Positions 61,458 through 64,000 of a stretch of 64,000 bases of DNA are shown here, in pieces. The notes below the pieces were generated by a model. That model saw only the letters and a program-made list of their open reading frames with translations, did not search any database and was not told the origin of the DNA. Numbering within the stretch: the stretch's first letter is position 1; each line of letters starts with the position of its first letter. Origin of the DNA: an uncultured archaeon (GTDB lineage Archaea; Asgardarchaeota; Lokiarchaeia; Sigyniarchaeales; SOKP01); contig CAYLZE010000004.1 in assembly GCA_964388035.1 (NCBI GenBank), forward strand, positions 50,486 through 114,485, in the 5' to 3' direction. The translations under genes were made by a program, and so were the position numbers.

Positions 61458-61901
61458 TTAAGCTTTCGCTTTTTTTTTAGGTGTGCCACCTTTCGATCTT
61501 AAAGGACTGGGTCCCAATTCCCTGATTTTCTTATCGAATTCTATAACCGTGTTTTGGAATTTCTGTCCTTCTGCGGCTGAACAGAATCCCATCATGATCC
61601 GATCTTCGCTAAGTCCAATAGATTTTAAGATTTCTTTAATATATTCGACCTGTCGATACGCGAAGTAATTTCCGGTCTCATAATCACATTCATGCGGGTA
61701 TCATCCAATGATCATCACACCATCTGCCCCTCTTCCGAAGGAACGCATGATGACATCGGAACCAACTCTACCCGTGCACGGCACTAATACTGGTCTTACT
61801 GAGGTGGGATACTGGGCACGAATAGTTCCAGCCATATCGGCGGAACCATATCCTCATTTCCAGCAGAGGAATGCAATTATCTTGATATCGTCTTCTGACA
61901 T
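61458..61901 (-). CDS. mvhD: Hydrogenase iron-sulfur subunit MvhD/VhuD, selenoprotein with 2 Sec, 147 aa (absent from the ORF track)
   Basis: MSEDDIKIIAFLCWKUGYGSADMAG...VPCTGRV...GADGVMIIGUYPHECDYETGN...CSAAEG...LGPSPL; TGA at 61854-61856 and 61701-61703 occupy conserved Cys positions; GAGGTG before the ATG. Confidence 0.92.
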
Positions 61902-61914
61902 TTTATCCACCTCT

Positions 61915-63876
61915 TTACTCCTCTATGGGGAGTAATTCATCTATTAAGACCGTATATTGCTGATCCCTATAATAGGTTAATTCAATAGCATGACTCGGGC
62001 AGACTGCTGCACACGTTCCACAACCCCGGCATTTAATTAAATCCACCACCAGATTTCCATTTTCATTTACGGAAATAGCGGTATAAGGACATGATTCAAT
62101 GCACTTATAGCATTTAGCACATCGTTCATCCAAAGGCGTGGCACGTATCAATTCCATCTTATACTCTCCTTTGCCCATTGGTATGGCAGCACTGGAAGCA
62201 GCACCCTTTGCTTGACTCACTGCTTTATCGATTTCTTTCTGTCCTTGAGAAGATCCACAGATGTAAATTCCAGGCACCTTGGTGCTAATTGGATCGAGCC
62301 GGGCATGATACTCCTTCAGAAAGCCATCCGGACTTTTTTCCATGTTCAATACGCGAGCAATCTCAACCGTACCTTGAGAAGGAAGGGATGCAGAAGATAA
62401 CACCACCATATCAAATTCCTTGCTCACCACGGCATCCGTCCCAACGGGTTCAAACCAAGCTTTTAAATTCTTGGTTTTCGGGTCTTCTTCTATCTTTCCC
62501 ACCAGTCCTTTCATGAAGAGTATTCCCGCATTTCGAGAGCGCCTGTAATATTCCTCGTAATCCTTACCGGCACATCGCATGTCAATATAAACACACATGA
62601 TTTCTGAATCGGGATGTTCCGACTTGATGAGCTTGGAATTCTTGAGAGATAAGTTGCAGCAAACCACGCTGCACCACGCGTTCTTTTTCAGATCACGGGA
62701 ACCCACGCAGTTGATGAATAAAATCCGTTTTGGACGGGTTCTATCAGAGGGACGTTTTAAATGTCCATAAGTGGGGCCATTAGGAGCTAAAATCCGTTCT
62801 AACTGGATTTGATTAATGACATTATCATAAAGACCATAACCGTAATCTTCTCCTTTATAAAGATCCCAACCCGTAGCAACGATAATCGTTCCGACCTCTA
62901 ATTCCACGATCTTATCTTCTATGCTAAAATCGATGGCAGATTGTTCACATGCATCCACGCAAGCAAAGCATTCCACGCATGAAGCTCGTTCTATATTTCG
63001 TACAGCAGGAACTGCTTGGGCAAATGCTATATCGATGACCTTCCTTGCGGAAAGATTTTCATCGAAATAATTGGGTAAATATATCGGGCACACGTCCGTG
63101 CAACTTCCACAGCCTGTACACTTAGTTTCATCCAGAAAACGAGATTTCCTCTTCACTTGCACCTTGAAATTCCCAATATAACCATCTACTTTTACAACTT
63201 CACTATAACTTAATATGTCAATGTTTGGATGGCGATTTGCCTCAAGCATTCTTGGTCCTAATATTCAAATAGAACAATCATCGGTGGGAAAAGTTCTATC
63301 AAGTTGAGACATTCTACCTCCGATCGTGGTATTTTTTTCTACTAAATACACCTTGTATCCTGAATCCCCTAAATCAATTGCAGCAGATAATCCCGCGATT
63401 CCACCACCCACGACTAATGCCGCGGGCGTAACGGGTACTGTCTTGGTAGGAACATCCTCAAGAAGTCGAGATCGTGCGATTCCTGCCTTGATTAATTCTA
63501 CCGCTTTATTAATAGCTTTCTCCCGGTCTTCGGGTGCTTGATGGACGAAACTACAATGTTCTCTAATATTTACAAATTCTAAATATCGGGGAGGTAATCC
63601 CGCTTCAGCTAAAATGGCATGAAATACCGGTTGATGGGTCTTTGGTGTACAAGCCGCAACAACGATTCTTTTTAACTTAGCCTCCTTGATCTGCTCCTTG
63701 ATATATTCAGATCCTCCTTCCGTGCACATGCTCAAGTATTCAAATGCTTTTACGCCTTCCAATTGGTTCAATCGTTCTACAATTTGGGGGACATCTAAGA
63801 TTCCAGCAATATTAATGCCTCAGCGACACACAAAAACGCCTGTAGTAATTATTTCGTTGGTCTGAGCATCAGACAA
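61915..63876 (-). CDS. hdrA: Heterodisulfide reductase subunit A, selenoprotein with 2 Sec, 653 aa
   Basis: TTG 63876 after GGTGGA; GVFVCRUGINIAG (TGA 63820-63822) and TFPTDDCSIUIL (TGA 63265-63267) join the track fragments in one frame; GGGIAG, CVGSRD, CSVVCC and ferredoxin motifs. Confidence 0.93.
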
Positions 63877-64000
63877 TTAATCCACCTTTTTACCTTAATA
63901 CCTCCTAATATAATAGGATGTTTTGTTATTGTTTAAATAAAACGTTTTATTTAATTTAAACAATTAACAATTTAATTTAATGTTAATTCTTATACAATTT

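Noticed and set aside
61483-61935. Plus-strand ORFs 61483-61668 and 61708-61935
   Set aside because: Antisense shadows of the true minus-strand mvhD gene
2154-63541. The many 60-120 aa ORFs overlapping larger genes (e.g. 4368-4682, 37123-37434, 46726-47094, 59428-59736)
   Set aside because: Antisense or alternate-frame shadows of well-supported CDSs, with no motifs
61915-63876. hdrA as a pseudogene with nonsense mutations
   Set aside because: Both stops are TGA at conserved Cys positions, the neighbouring gene shows the same pattern, and a SECIS follows

Overview
AT-rich archaeal DNA whose gene content points strongly to an Asgard archaeon of the Lokiarchaeia type. It carries four small Ras-superfamily GTPases (two Rab-like, two fused to longin/roadblock-like domains), an EAP30/Vps22-36 (ESCRT-II)-like protein, HEAT and LRR proteins, a geranylgeranyl reductase, beta-oxidation/ETF genes, an H+-pyrophosphatase and an hdrA-mvhD-fdhB-polyferredoxin cluster. 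Three things are missed or broken by the ORF track. (1) An acyl-CoA dehydrogenase gene (5025-6312) is interrupted by a 31-nt hairpin insertion that folds with its flanks into bulge-helix-bulge (BHB) geometry, a candidate endonuclease-spliced mRNA intron. This is the most novel signal, but the best-paired register would excise 29 nt, and only the register shifted by one base pair restores the frame. (2) hdrA and mvhD/vhuD each contain two in-frame UGA codons at conserved Cys positions, followed by one eukaryote-like SECIS hairpin. (3) A Rab-like GTPase has no ATG/GTG/TTG upstream of its P-loop and appears to start at ATC. No rRNA, tRNA, CRISPR array or transposase was recognised. All family calls come from motif recognition by eye, not database searches.
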